A stretch of 64,000 bases of DNA from an uncultured Spirochaetaceae bacterium (GTDB lineage: Bacteria; Myxococcota_A; UBA9160; UBA4427): NCBI GenBank assembly GCA_964515335.1, contig CAZETS010000016.1, positions 5,744 through 69,743 on the forward strand. The letters run 5' to 3'. Made by a program: the position numbers and the translations under genes. Under the pieces are notes generated by a model that saw only the letters and a list, made by a program, of their open reading frames with translations, ran no database searches and had not been told where the DNA came from. This document shows positions 1 to 9,422 of this stretch, piece by piece. How positions within the stretch are numbered: the stretch's first letter is position 1; each line of letters starts with the position of its first letter.

Positions 1-1046
1 CCGGGCACCTCGAAGATCTTCGAGCCGAATACGGTGTAGAGCGCCCCCACGTTGCCGCCGGTCTGGGCGAGCAGCGCGTCGACCCGGGCGCCGAGCTCGT
101 GCCCCCGGTAGGGATTGCGCTGGCTGTCGCGGGTGTCCCAGCGCAGCTCGACCCCCAGGCTGCCGAAGTTCCAGTCGTCGAAGGCGTCGAACAGCAGCGG
201 GAAGCGCGCGGCCATGTCGAAGGCGCCCTGCACGGTTCCGTTTCCGAGCAGGTGCGCCTGGGTGTCGATACTTGCCTCGAGGACGAGGTCGTCGACGGGC
301 TTCGGCAGCGAGTACGACAGGCCGGTCGAGATCTGCACCGACTCGTCCAGGTAGCTGCTCCCGTTGGACGGGAGCGAGTCGGGCCCGAAGCCGAAGAATC
401 GCCGCGTCAGCGTCTTGCTGTAGAAGACGCGCGCGAAGACCCAGCTGCGCTCCTCCTGGATGACCCCGCCGGTCGGCAGGTCGCGCGTCTTCAGCATGCG
501 CCGCCAGGCGATGCCGTATTGCTGCTGCCCCTTCGTCGTGTACGACAGAAAGATGCCGGCGAACTCGCGCCGGCGCTGACGACGGAAGTCGATGTCGGTA
601 AAGCCGACGCCGAAGCCGGTCCCGACGTCCTGGTTGTTGAAGACGAACGGCGCGATGAAGCTGCTGACGAGGAAGCGCTGGAAGATGTTGCCGGGCTTGA
701 TGCGGCCTTCGGGGATGTAGCGCCAGCGCTCGGGCTTATCGATGTCGGCCGGCAGCGGCACCTTGGGGATGCGGCCGTTCTTGTCCATGCCGTCCCAGGG
801 GTCGTAGGCGTCCTCCTCGGACTCCCCCGTCACCTCTGGCGCATCTGGCGCGTCCGGCGCGGCGGCGACCGCATCGGAGGACCCGCCCGGCGCTTCGGCG
901 CTCGCTCCCGTCCGGGTTTCGGCGGCGGCGCCCGACGCGATCGCGACCGGCAGCCAGAGCCCCAGCAGGAGCGCGACCCACGAGCGTGGAAGAGGGCCCC
1001 GTTTCGGAGCGTCCAGCCCCACGCGAACCACCTCGGCGAGCGTCAT
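1..1046 (-). CDS. Outer-membrane beta-barrel protein, Omp85/surface-antigen-like; only the N-terminal 348 aa are present and the gene runs off the window start
   Basis: Absent from the ORF track because it has no stop in the window. My own minus-strand translation starts at ATG 1046, with an in-frame TGA 8 codons upstream. It reads MTLAEVVRVGLDAPKRGPLPRSWVALLLGLWLPVAIASGAAAE (signal peptide) ... GVELRWDTRDSQRNPYRGHELG. There are no stops down to position 1, and GC3 is high. It lies 21 nt downstream of gor on the same strand. Confidence 0.55.
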   Translation of the reverse strand, partial: MTLAEVVRVGLDAPKRGPLPRSWVALLLGLWLPVAIASGAAAETRTGASAEAPGGSSDAVAAAPDAPDAPEVTGESEEDAYDPWDGMDKNGRIPKVPLPADIDKPERWRYIPEGRIKPGNIFQRFLVSSFIAPFVFNNQDVGTGFGVGFTDIDFRRQRRREFAGIFLSYTTKGQQQYGIAWRRMLKTRDLPTGGVIQEERSWVFARVFYSKTLTRRFFGFGPDSLPSNGSSYLDESVQISTGLSYSLPKPVDDLVLEASIDTQAHLLGNGTVQGAFDMAARFPLLFDAFDDWNFGSLGVELRWDTRDSQRNPYRGHELGARVDALLAQTGGNVGALYTVFGSKIFEVP

Positions 1047-1067
1047 GCCGTTCGTCGGGACTCGCGC

Positions 1068-2432
1068 TCAGCCACTCGTGACCGGCTGCCGCATGGTGAC
1101 CAGCTCTTCGGCGGCGGTCGGATGGATGCCGATCGTAGCGTCGAGCTGATCCTTGGTGAGCCCGGCCTTCACCGCGACCGCGAACCCCTGCACGATCTCG
1201 CCCGCGTCGTGTCCCACCATGTGAACGCCGAGCACGCGCCCGGTGGCGTGTTCGACGACGAGCTTCATCATGGTGCGCGAGCCCGAGCGCGTGAGCGTCT
1301 GCTTGAGGGCGCGGAACGTCGAGCGGTAGACGTCGACGCGGCCGACCTTTGCGCGCGCCTCGCTCTCGGTGAGGCCCACGGTCGCCGCCGGCGGCTGCGC
1401 GAAGACCGCCGCCGGCACGGCCTCGTGGACCGGCATCATGGGCGTACCGTTGAACAGCGTGTTGGCGAGGCAGATCCCCTCGTGGATCGCGACGGGCGTC
1501 AGGTTGATGCGGTCCGTGACGTCGCCGATGGCGTGGATGCTCGGCACGGACGAGCACGAGTACTCGTCGACGACGACCGCCCCGTTCTCGTCGAGCTCGA
1601 CACCCACCTCCTCGAGGCCGATTCCCCTGCTGTTCGGATTGCGCCCGGTGGCGCAGAGCAGGTAGTCGGCCTCGACGAGGCCCCCGTCGTCGAGGGTCGC
1701 CCGCACCCCGTCCTGCGTGGGCTCGACCTTGACCGCACGGTGGTCGAAGCGCAGGTCGATGCCCTTCTCGCGCATCTCTTCGGCGAGGTGGGTGCGGATG
1801 TCGTCGTCGAATCCGCGCAGGAAGAGCGAGCCGCGATAGAGCTGGCACACCTCGACGCCGAGCCCGTGGAAGATGCACGCGAACTCGACCGCGATGTAGC
1901 CGCCGCCCACGACGATCACCCGCTTCGGCAGATCCTTCAGGTAGAAAGCCTCGTCGGACGTGATCGCGTGCTCGACGCCCTCGATCTCGGGCGGGCGATG
2001 CGCCGTGCTACCCGTCGCCACCAGGATGTGGCGCGCCGTGAAGCGGCGATCGCCCATCGCGACGGTGTGGGGGCCCTCGGCCGTGGCCCGCCCATCGAGG
2101 CGCTCGACGTCGGCGTCGTCGAGCAGCCGGGCATAGACGCCGTTCAGCCGCTCGATCTCACGGTTCTTGTTGGCGATCAGGGTCGGCCAGTCGAAGTGCG
2201 CCTCGCCCACCGTCCACCCGTAGCCGTCGGTCGCCTCGGCCATCTCTTCCTGGAAGGCCGACGCGTAGACGAAGAGCTTCTTCGGAATGCAGCCGACGTT
2301 CACGCAGGTGCCGCCGAGAAAGCGCTCCTCGGCGATCGCCACCCGGGCGCCGAAGGAGGCCGAGAGGCGGCTGGCGCGAACGCCCCCCGAGCCCGCGCCG
2401 ATCACGAAGAGGTCGTAGTCGAATCCGGACAT
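1068..2432 (-). CDS. gor: Glutathione-disulfide reductase (class I pyridine nucleotide-disulfide oxidoreductase)
   Basis: Internal ATG at 2432 gives MSGFDYDLFVIGAGSGG (FAD GxGxxG). Also has the redox-active disulfide motif GGTCVNVGCIPKK and the C-terminal IHPTAAEELVTMR interface motif. The track ORF 1068..2669 over-extends the N-terminus. Confidence 0.88.
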   Translation of the reverse strand: MSGFDYDLFVIGAGSGGVRASRLSASFGARVAIAEERFLGGTCVNVGCIPKKLFVYASAFQEEMAEATDGYGWTVGEAHFDWPTLIANKNREIERLNGVYARLLDDADVERLDGRATAEGPHTVAMGDRRFTARHILVATGSTAHRPPEIEGVEHAITSDEAFYLKDLPKRVIVVGGGYIAVEFACIFHGLGVEVCQLYRGSLFLRGFDDDIRTHLAEEMREKGIDLRFDHRAVKVEPTQDGVRATLDDGGLVEADYLLCATGRNPNSRGIGLEEVGVELDENGAVVVDEYSCSSVPSIHAIGDVTDRINLTPVAIHEGICLANTLFNGTPMMPVHEAVPAAVFAQPPAATVGLTESEARAKVGRVDVYRSTFRALKQTLTRSGSRTMMKLVVEHATGRVLGVHMVGHDAGEIVQGFAVAVKAGLTKDQLDATIGIHPTAAEELVTMRQPVTSG

Positions 2433-2439
2433 CTCTGGG

Positions 2440-3420
2440 GTGGCTCTCCTCGGCGGACCGTACGGGCCGCACGGGTCGCTCGCGTGCGGCGGGCCGGGCG
2501 GCGATGCCCTATTGATCTCGCCCGTGGACGAGCGTACCGAAGGGTTGGCAAATCGGAAGGTACCGGCTCTCGTGGTGTCGGGCTTCCTGGGCTCGGGCAA
2601 GACCACGCTGATCCGCCATCTGCTCGCCGAGGCGACGCGGCTCGGCGTACGAGTCGCGCTCGTCTCCAACGAGCTCGGCGCGCTGGGCGTCGACCGGGCC
2701 CTACTCGGCGGCGGCGGCGAGGCCTACGTCGAACTCGAGGGCGGCTGCGTCTGCTGCGAGCTCTCCGACGACCTCATCGTCACGCTGCAGGAGCTGTACG
2801 AGAACGTCCGGCCGGATCGCATCGTGGTGGAAACCTCCGGCGTCGCCCTGCCCTGGGACACCCAGCTGAACTTCTGGCGCGACCCGGTCCGCCAGTGGAT
2901 CGGCGACGACATGGCGATCGTCGTCGTCAACGCCGAGCAGGTCGCCGAGGGCCGCGACCTCGAGGGGACGTTCACCGACCAGGTCACGTCGGCCGACCTG
3001 CTGGTGCTGAACAAGGTCGACCTCGTCGACGAGGCCGGGCTGGAGCGAGCGCGCGAGCGGCTCCGCGAGATCGAGCCCGAGGCGCCGATCGTCACCGCGG
3101 TGCAGGGAGACGTCGAGTCGGCGCTGCTGTTTCCGCCGGACGCCGATCAGGTCGACCGCGACGGGGAGGCGCCCGAGGCGCCCGACCACCACCACGAGCA
3201 CTTCTCCACCGAGATCTGGAGCCCACCTGCCGGGATCGCGCCCGACGCGCTCGAGCAGGCCCTGCAGCAGGACGACCTGCTTCGCGCCAAGGGATTCGTG
3301 CAGACGAGCGCCGGCCTCAAGCTCGTACAGGTCGTCGGGCACCGCGTCGACATCCACGACGTCGACGAGCATCCACCCGACGCGCTGCTCGGGCAGATGG
3401 TGCTGATCCGGCGCGCCTAG
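2440..3420 (+). CDS. COG0523/CobW-family G3E GTPase (metal chaperone)
   Basis: Walker A GFLGSGKTTL and the CxCC metal motif GGCVCCE. Start is uncertain: GTG 2440 is only 7 nt from the divergent gor start, so TTG 2512, GTG 2524 or TTG 2545 are more likely. Confidence 0.8.
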   Translation: MALLGGPYGPHGSLACGGPGGDALLISPVDERTEGLANRKVPALVVSGFLGSGKTTLIRHLLAEATRLGVRVALVSNELGALGVDRALLGGGGEAYVELEGGCVCCELSDDLIVTLQELYENVRPDRIVVETSGVALPWDTQLNFWRDPVRQWIGDDMAIVVVNAEQVAEGRDLEGTFTDQVTSADLLVLNKVDLVDEAGLERARERLREIEPEAPIVTAVQGDVESALLFPPDADQVDRDGEAPEAPDHHHEHFSTEIWSPPAGIAPDALEQALQQDDLLRAKGFVQTSAGLKLVQVVGHRVDIHDVDEHPPDALLGQMVLIRRA

Positions 3421-3567
3421 GAGCCCGCTGCGGCTCGCGGGGCGTGTTGGCGCCGGCCGCCAGGCTGCCCGGGCCCCGGGGCGACGTCCTGCCGCGCGCG
3501 AGGCGAGGTGGCGACACGGGCCGGTGCAGCGCGGTACGCTCGAAAGATCGCCCGGGAGCCCGCCTCG

Positions 3568-4815
3568 ATGACACAGACCTCCAACGCACCCGACTCGAGC
3601 CATGCCGACCGCGTCCCCACCGGCCTCGAGCTGACCGCCCTCGACGAGCGCTTTCGCGACGACCCGTACCCGGTCCTCCATCGCCTGCGGGCCATCGAGC
3701 CGATCCACCACGACGAGGTGCTGGGGCGCTTCGTCTTCACGCGCCACGACGACGTGCGCACCATCCTCTACGACCTGCGACTCTGGAGCGACCCACGCAA
3801 GGCCCGGCCGGACACCTTCACCTATCGCTTCCTGAGAAACGGCGACGAAGAGCCGTCCATGCTGCTGATGGACGAGCCCGAGCACAAGCGCCTGCGCGCC
3901 CTCGTGAGCGGTTCTTTCACGCCGCGCGCCGTCGAGCGCTGGCGCCCGCGCGTGCGCGAGATCGCGCGCCGGCTCGTCGGCGCGCTCGAGGAGGGCGAGC
4001 ACGACCTGATCGCCGAGGTCGCGGGGCCTCTGCCGACCGTCGTGATCGCCGAGCTGCTCGGCATCGACCCCGGCCGCCACGCCGAGTTCAAGGCGTGGTC
4101 GGACGACGTCGTGGCCGTCGGCTTCAACCCGAATCCCGGCGAGGAAGAGCTGCGCATCGGCGAGAAGGCCAACGCGGCCCTCGAGGCGTTCATCCGCGAC
4201 GAAATCGAGGCGCGGCGGAGCAACCTCGGCGACGACCTGATGAGCGACATGCTGCGCGCACAGCTCGGCGGCGACCGCCTCAGCGACCGCGAGATCGTCC
4301 AGCAGTGCAATCTCCTGCTCGTCGCCGGCAACGTCACGACGACCGACCTCATCGGCAACGGCGTGAAGGCCCTCGCCGAGAACCCCGACCAGCAGGCGAT
4401 CCTGCGCGAGCGGGCGGACCTGATGCCGAACGCCGTCGAGGAGATCCTTCGCTACGACTCGCCCGTCACCAACTCGGGCCGGATCGCCTCCCAGGACATG
4501 GAGTTCGACGGCATCCCGGTCCTGAAGGGCGACACGCTCTCGGTCTCGCTGGCCGCCGCCAACCGCGACCCGGCCGTGTACCCCGAGCCCGACCGTTTCG
4601 ACGTGACACGGAAGGACACCCACCACCACGCCTTCGGCGGCGGCCGCCACCTCTGCATGGGCGCCCACCTCGCGCGCATGGAGGCGCAGGAGACTCTGGC
4701 AGCGCTGCTCGAGCGCTTCGACGCACTCGCGCACGGTGAGCGGGGTCACCGCTACGCGGGCATCCCGAGCTTCCGCGCGCTGGAAGAGCTGTGGGTGGCG
4801 TTCGGGCGGGGTTGA
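3568..4815 (+). CDS. Cytochrome P450
   Basis: Heme-thiolate loop FGGGRHLCMGAHLA, an ExxR region and the I-helix LLLVAGNVTTT. ATG 3568 follows GGGAG. Confidence 0.9.
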   Translation: MTQTSNAPDSSHADRVPTGLELTALDERFRDDPYPVLHRLRAIEPIHHDEVLGRFVFTRHDDVRTILYDLRLWSDPRKARPDTFTYRFLRNGDEEPSMLLMDEPEHKRLRALVSGSFTPRAVERWRPRVREIARRLVGALEEGEHDLIAEVAGPLPTVVIAELLGIDPGRHAEFKAWSDDVVAVGFNPNPGEEELRIGEKANAALEAFIRDEIEARRSNLGDDLMSDMLRAQLGGDRLSDREIVQQCNLLLVAGNVTTTDLIGNGVKALAENPDQQAILRERADLMPNAVEEILRYDSPVTNSGRIASQDMEFDGIPVLKGDTLSVSLAAANRDPAVYPEPDRFDVTRKDTHHHAFGGGRHLCMGAHLARMEAQETLAALLERFDALAHGERGHRYAGIPSFRALEELWVAFGRG

Positions 4816-4884
4816 AGCGCCACCGGCCGCCCCGGCCCGTCTCCGCTCGCGAAGCGCGAACGACGGCCGGCCGGGAGCGCCGCG

Positions 4885-5613
4885 TCAACCGATCCGCCGG
4901 CGCGCCTTCTTCTTCGCGCGGGCCTTCTTCGCCACCGCCTTGCGCGACCGCGGCCCGCCCCCGCCGGCGCGCTCCTCCTCGCGCTTGCGCTTCTCGGTCG
5001 CGGCCCACGAGCAGATCGGACAAGCGCGCAGGTCGTGGCCGCGGGCAGGACAGTGCTCGCGCCCGAAGTAGATGATCGCGAGATGGACCCAGCCCCAGTC
5101 GTCCGGATCGAACAGCGCCTTCAGGTCGCGCTCGGTCTGCTCGACGCTGCGTCCGTTCGAGAGTCCCCAGCGCGCGGCCAGCCGATGGATGTGCGTGTCG
5201 ACCGGAAAGGCCGGTCGGCCGAACGCCTGCGCGACGACGACGCTCGCGGTCTTGTGCCCCACGCCCGGCAGCGCTTCGAGAGCCTCGATGTCGTCGGGCA
5301 CGCGGCCGTCGTGCCGCTCGACGAGCAGCTTCGAGAGCGCCGAGATGTTCTTCGCCTTGCCGGGCGCGAGACCGCACGTACGGATCAGCTCGAGGATTCG
5401 GGCGACGGGCAGCTTCGCCATGGCGGCCGCGTCTCCCGCCTGGGCGAAGAGCGCGGGCGTCACCAGATTGACGCGCTCGTCGGTGCACTGCGCCGACAGG
5501 AGCACCGCGATCAGCAACGTGAACGGGTCTTCGTGGTGCAGCGGGATCGGCGGCTTCGGGTAGAGGCCGTGCAGGATCCCCCGTATGCGGGCGGCCTTCT
5601 CGGCGCGGGTCAT
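4885..5613 (-). CDS. nth: Endonuclease III (HhH-GPD DNA glycosylase/AP lyase) with a Lys/Arg-rich C-terminal tail
   Basis: PFTLLIAVLLSAQCTDERVN, the HhH-GPD segment LPGVGHKTASVV and the catalytic-region FPVDTHIHR. Starts MTRAEKAA at 5613; an alternative ATG is at 5628. Confidence 0.9.
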   Translation of the reverse strand: MTRAEKAARIRGILHGLYPKPPIPLHHEDPFTLLIAVLLSAQCTDERVNLVTPALFAQAGDAAAMAKLPVARILELIRTCGLAPGKAKNISALSKLLVERHDGRVPDDIEALEALPGVGHKTASVVVAQAFGRPAFPVDTHIHRLAARWGLSNGRSVEQTERDLKALFDPDDWGWVHLAIIYFGREHCPARGHDLRACPICSWAATEKRKREEERAGGGGPRSRKAVAKKARAKKKARRRIG

Positions 5614-5850
5614 GGCGCGCCGCAGCATAGCCGAGCGGATCGACCGCCCTGATCGCATCCTCACGCCTCGCAGCGCTCGTCGAAACTCCGCAGCAGTCTC
5701 TCGACCGGGGCGCGAGCCGCTCCATTCACAGCCCGCCGCGAAGCGCCTACCATCCCGTTCGGCGGCGCGCGCGACCGCCCCGCGACCTGCCGGGATCGCC
5801 GGGACGAGCCCGGCCCGGACGACTCGGAACGCTGGAGGCAAATCGTCCCG

Positions 5851-6813
5851 ATGAACGAGCGACGAGCGCCCGGCTCGGGCGGTGCCGAAGCGACGCGTCG
5901 CAAAGCGGGCACGCGCTTCGACCTCACCGGGGTCGTCGCCGCCGGCGACACCCACGTCGGCCGGGTCCGCAGCGTCAACCAGGACGACCACGGAGAGTGG
6001 CGCGACGCGGATCGACCGGCGCAGCTCTTGTTCGTGGCCGACGGCATGGGCGGGCACCGCGGCGGCGAGGTCGCCAGCCGCGTCGCCGTCGAGCAGGTCG
6101 GCCTGGCGTTCGGCGCGGACGACCCCGATCCCGAGCGCCTGCTCGGCGATGCGTTCGAACGCGCCAATCGCGAAGTCTTCCAGATGGCCAAACGCGACTT
6201 CGAGCTGGCCGGCATGGGGACCACCGGGGTCGCCCTGCTGCTCACCGGCGAGCCGACCGCCTGGGTGGCCCACGTCGGCGACAGCCGCGCGTACCGCCTG
6301 CGCGACGGCGAGCTCGAGGCGCTGACCAGCGATCACTCGGTGGTCGGCGAGCTGGTCCGGCGCGGACAGCTCACGCCCGAGCAGGCGCGCGTCCACCCGC
6401 AGAGCAACGAGATCCTGCGCGCGATCGGCACGCAGCCCGAGGTAAACGTCGACATCGCCGCCGTGGACGTGCGGCCGGGCGACCGCTTCCTGCTCTGCTC
6501 CGACGGCCTCTGCGGCATGCTGCCCGACGACGAGATCGCTCGGGCGCTCGGCGCGGCACCGCCCCCCGAAGCCGTCGGACGGCTGATCGATCTCGCCAAC
6601 GAGGCCGGAGGCACCGACAACATCACCGTGCAGATCGCCGAGATCCCTCGCGACGCCGCCACCATCGGCACGCCGAACGGCGAGGAGACGCGCGCGCCGT
6701 CACCAGGACCCGAGTCGGCTGCGGCCGGCACGGCCATCCGCTGGGTGGTGGCCCTCGCCCTGGTGGGCGCTCTGCTGCTGCTGCTGCTCGGCGGCTCGGG
6801 CACGTCGCGCTAG
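5851..6813 (+). CDS. PP2C-family Ser/Thr protein phosphatase with a C-terminal membrane anchor
   Basis: GRVRSVNQDD, FVADGMGGHRGGEVAS, HVGDSRAY, LLCSDGL, GGTDNITV. The C-terminus has a hydrophobic WVVALALVGALLLLLLGG segment. Confidence 0.9.
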   Translation: MNERRAPGSGGAEATRRKAGTRFDLTGVVAAGDTHVGRVRSVNQDDHGEWRDADRPAQLLFVADGMGGHRGGEVASRVAVEQVGLAFGADDPDPERLLGDAFERANREVFQMAKRDFELAGMGTTGVALLLTGEPTAWVAHVGDSRAYRLRDGELEALTSDHSVVGELVRRGQLTPEQARVHPQSNEILRAIGTQPEVNVDIAAVDVRPGDRFLLCSDGLCGMLPDDEIARALGAAPPPEAVGRLIDLANEAGGTDNITVQIAEIPRDAATIGTPNGEETRAPSPGPESAAAGTAIRWVVALALVGALLLLLLGGSGTSR

Positions 6814-6817
6814 CGCG

Positions 6818-9400
6818 ATGACGTTCGACCGCGACGAGGAGCCCGGCGCCGCGCGCACGGGCTCGCCAACGCGACTGTTCGACTTCCTTCCCGAGGGCGG
6901 CATACACGACAGCGCCGTCGTCCTCGATCGCTTCCTCGCCTGGGTGCGCGAGCAGGGCCTCGAGCCCTACGCGGCCCAGGAAGAAGCGCTGCTCGAGCTG
7001 ATGACCGGGCGCCACGTGATCCTCTCCACGCCGACGGGATCGGGCAAGAGCCTGGTCGCCCTCGGGCTCCACTGGAAGGCGATGTGCGAAGAGCGCCGCT
7101 CGTTCTACACGGCGCCCATCAAGGCTCTCGTGAGCGAGAAGTTCTTCGACCTCTGCGGGCACTTCGGCGCCGAGAACGTCGGCATGCTGACGGGCGACGC
7201 GAGCCTGAACTGGAGCGCACCGATCATCTGCTGCACCGCCGAGGTGCTGTCGAACATGTCGGTAGCCCAGGGGGCGCGTGCCGACGCGCCCTACGTGGTG
7301 ATGGACGAGTTCCACTACTACGGCGACCGCGACCGGGGCAGCGCCTGGCAGATCCCGCTGCTCACGCTTCCGCACACGCGCTTCCTGCTGATGTCGGCCA
7401 CGCTCGGCGACACGCGGGAGATCGAACGGCGCATCTTCGCCCGCACCGGCGTCGAGGTCTCGCGCATCCACACCGAGGAGCGACCGGTTCCGCTCGACTT
7501 CCGCTACGTCGAGACACCGATCCACGAGACGGTCGACGATCTCCTCCTGCGCGGCGAGGCGCCGATCTACATCGTGCACTTCACCCAGCGCGAGGCCACC
7601 GAGCAGGCTCAGGCGCTGACCAGCGCGAACCTCGTCGACAAGCCGCGGCGGCGGGCCATCCAGGAGGCGATCGGCGACTTCCGCTTCGACACGCCCTTCG
7701 GCCGCGACATGCGGCGACTGCTCGGCCACGGCATCGGCCTCCACCACGCGGGCCTGCTCCCGAAGTACCGCCTGCTCTGCGAGCGCCTCGCCCAGCAGGG
7801 CCTGCTCGCCGTGATCTGCGGCACCGACACCCTCGGCGTGGGCGTGAACGTGCCGATCCGCACGGTGCTGTTCACGAAGCTCTCCAAGTTCGACGGCGAG
7901 AAGGTCTCCATCCTGCGCGTGCGCGACTTCAAGCAGATCGCCGGACGCGCCGGACGCAAGGGCTTCGACGACCGCGGCACGGTCGTCGTGCAGGCGCCGG
8001 AGCACGTGATCCTGAACAAACGTGCCGAGGATCGTGCGCGCGGGGCGGGCGGACGGCGCAAGCCCCCGCGCAAGAAGACGCCGCCCAGGGGATTCGTGGG
8101 CTGGGGGAAGGACACCTTCGACCGGCTCGTGCACAGCCCGCCCGAGACGCTGCGATCGCGATTCACGGTCACGCACGGGCTGATCGTCGCGTGCCTGCAG
8201 AGCGAGGCGGGCCACGGCGACGCAGGCCGGGGCTACCACGCCCTGTCCGACCTGATCGACCTCTGCCACGAGACGCCGGAGCGCAAGCGCCGGCTGCGGC
8301 GCCAGGCGGCGGCGCTCTTTCGGTCGCTCCGAAAAGCCGAGGTGGTCGAGCTGGTCCGCGACCGAAGCACGGGACGCGTGGGGGTGCGCGTCAGCCAGGA
8401 GCTGCAGCGCGAGTTCTCGCTGCACCAGAGCCTCTCCCTCTACCTGGTCGACGCCGCGGCCGCTCTCGACCCCGAAGCGCCCGACTACGCGCTCGACCTG
8501 CTGAGCGTCACCGAAGCGATCCTCGAAGATCCGCGCCCCATCCTCTACGCCCAGGAACGCAAGGCCAAGGGGGAGCTGATCGCGCGGCTCAAGGCCGAGC
8601 GCGTCCCCTACGAGGAGCGCATGGAGAAGGTCGATGAGGTGAGCTGGCCCAAGCCGGGCGAGGAGTTCATCCGCGCGACCTTCGCCCTGTTCGCCGACCA
8701 CCATCCGTGGGTGGGCGGAGACGACATCCATCCGAAGGGCGTCGCGCGCGAGATCTACGAGACGTACTCCGAGTGGAGCGACTACGTGAAGCGGATGGAG
8801 ATCGCCCGGGTCGAGGGGCTGCTGCTCCGCTATCTCGGCCAGGTGCACGACACGCTGGTGCGCACCGTGCCCGCCTCGCAGAAGACCGAAGAGGTGCACG
8901 ACATGACGGCTTTCTTTCGCTCGATGGTGGGCCGCGTCGACTCGAGTCTGCTGCAGGCCTGGGAGGAGATGATCCGCCCCGGCGAGCCGGCGCCCACGCC
9001 CGAGGAGCCGCGCGAGTACGACCTGGCCCAGGACGAGCGCGGCCTGCGCGCCCGCATTCGCAGCGAGCTCCAGCCGATCGTGCGCGCGCTCGCCGCGAAG
9101 CGCTACGGCGACGTCCCCGAGCTGCTCCACCCGGACAGCCGCAAGGGCTGGACGCCCCAGCGCATCGAGCAGGCCCTCGATCCGTTCTACGAGCGCTACG
9201 AGGCGATCCTCTACGACCCCCGCGCCAGACAGGCGCACCTTTGCGTGGTCGACGAGATCGAGCCGCGTCTGTGGCGAGTCCGCCAGGTGCTGCTCGACGA
9301 CGCCGACGACCGCTTCTTCGCCATCGACGGCGAGGTGGACCTGCGCGACGAGAAGAACCCGGGCGACCCGCTGCTGCGCCTGCGCGCGATCGGCGAGTAG
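6818..9400 (+). CDS. DEAD/DEAH-box (Ski2-like) helicase with a long DUF3516-type C-terminal region
   Basis: Motif I TPTGSGKS, motif II MDEFHYYGD, motif III SATLG and motif VI QIAGRAGRKG. The ATG is 4 nt after the PP2C stop. Confidence 0.88.
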   Translation: MTFDRDEEPGAARTGSPTRLFDFLPEGGIHDSAVVLDRFLAWVREQGLEPYAAQEEALLELMTGRHVILSTPTGSGKSLVALGLHWKAMCEERRSFYTAPIKALVSEKFFDLCGHFGAENVGMLTGDASLNWSAPIICCTAEVLSNMSVAQGARADAPYVVMDEFHYYGDRDRGSAWQIPLLTLPHTRFLLMSATLGDTREIERRIFARTGVEVSRIHTEERPVPLDFRYVETPIHETVDDLLLRGEAPIYIVHFTQREATEQAQALTSANLVDKPRRRAIQEAIGDFRFDTPFGRDMRRLLGHGIGLHHAGLLPKYRLLCERLAQQGLLAVICGTDTLGVGVNVPIRTVLFTKLSKFDGEKVSILRVRDFKQIAGRAGRKGFDDRGTVVVQAPEHVILNKRAEDRARGAGGRRKPPRKKTPPRGFVGWGKDTFDRLVHSPPETLRSRFTVTHGLIVACLQSEAGHGDAGRGYHALSDLIDLCHETPERKRRLRRQAAALFRSLRKAEVVELVRDRSTGRVGVRVSQELQREFSLHQSLSLYLVDAAAALDPEAPDYALDLLSVTEAILEDPRPILYAQERKAKGELIARLKAERVPYEERMEKVDEVSWPKPGEEFIRATFALFADHHPWVGGDDIHPKGVAREIYETYSEWSDYVKRMEIARVEGLLLRYLGQVHDTLVRTVPASQKTEEVHDMTAFFRSMVGRVDSSLLQAWEEMIRPGEPAPTPEEPREYDLAQDERGLRARIRSELQPIVRALAAKRYGDVPELLHPDSRKGWTPQRIEQALDPFYERYEAILYDPRARQAHLCVVDEIEPRLWRVRQVLLDDADDRFFAIDGEVDLRDEKNPGDPLLRLRAIGE

Positions 9401-9422
9401 CAGCCCGGGCCGGGCGCGGCGT

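Noticed and set aside
99-4739. A 1546-aa plus-strand ORF. Similar giant ORFs include 2701..4749(-), 6623..9238(-), 20989..23658(-), 28725..30323(-), 45643..47850(-), 58965..61007(-) and 60734..62950(-).
   Set aside because: These are Arg/Ala/Pro/Gly-rich low-complexity translations. They run antisense to or out of frame with genes that have clear family signatures (gor, P450, helicase, cyclase, ACAD, GH20, top6B/A). They are typical stop-codon-poor shadow ORFs of a roughly 70% GC genome.
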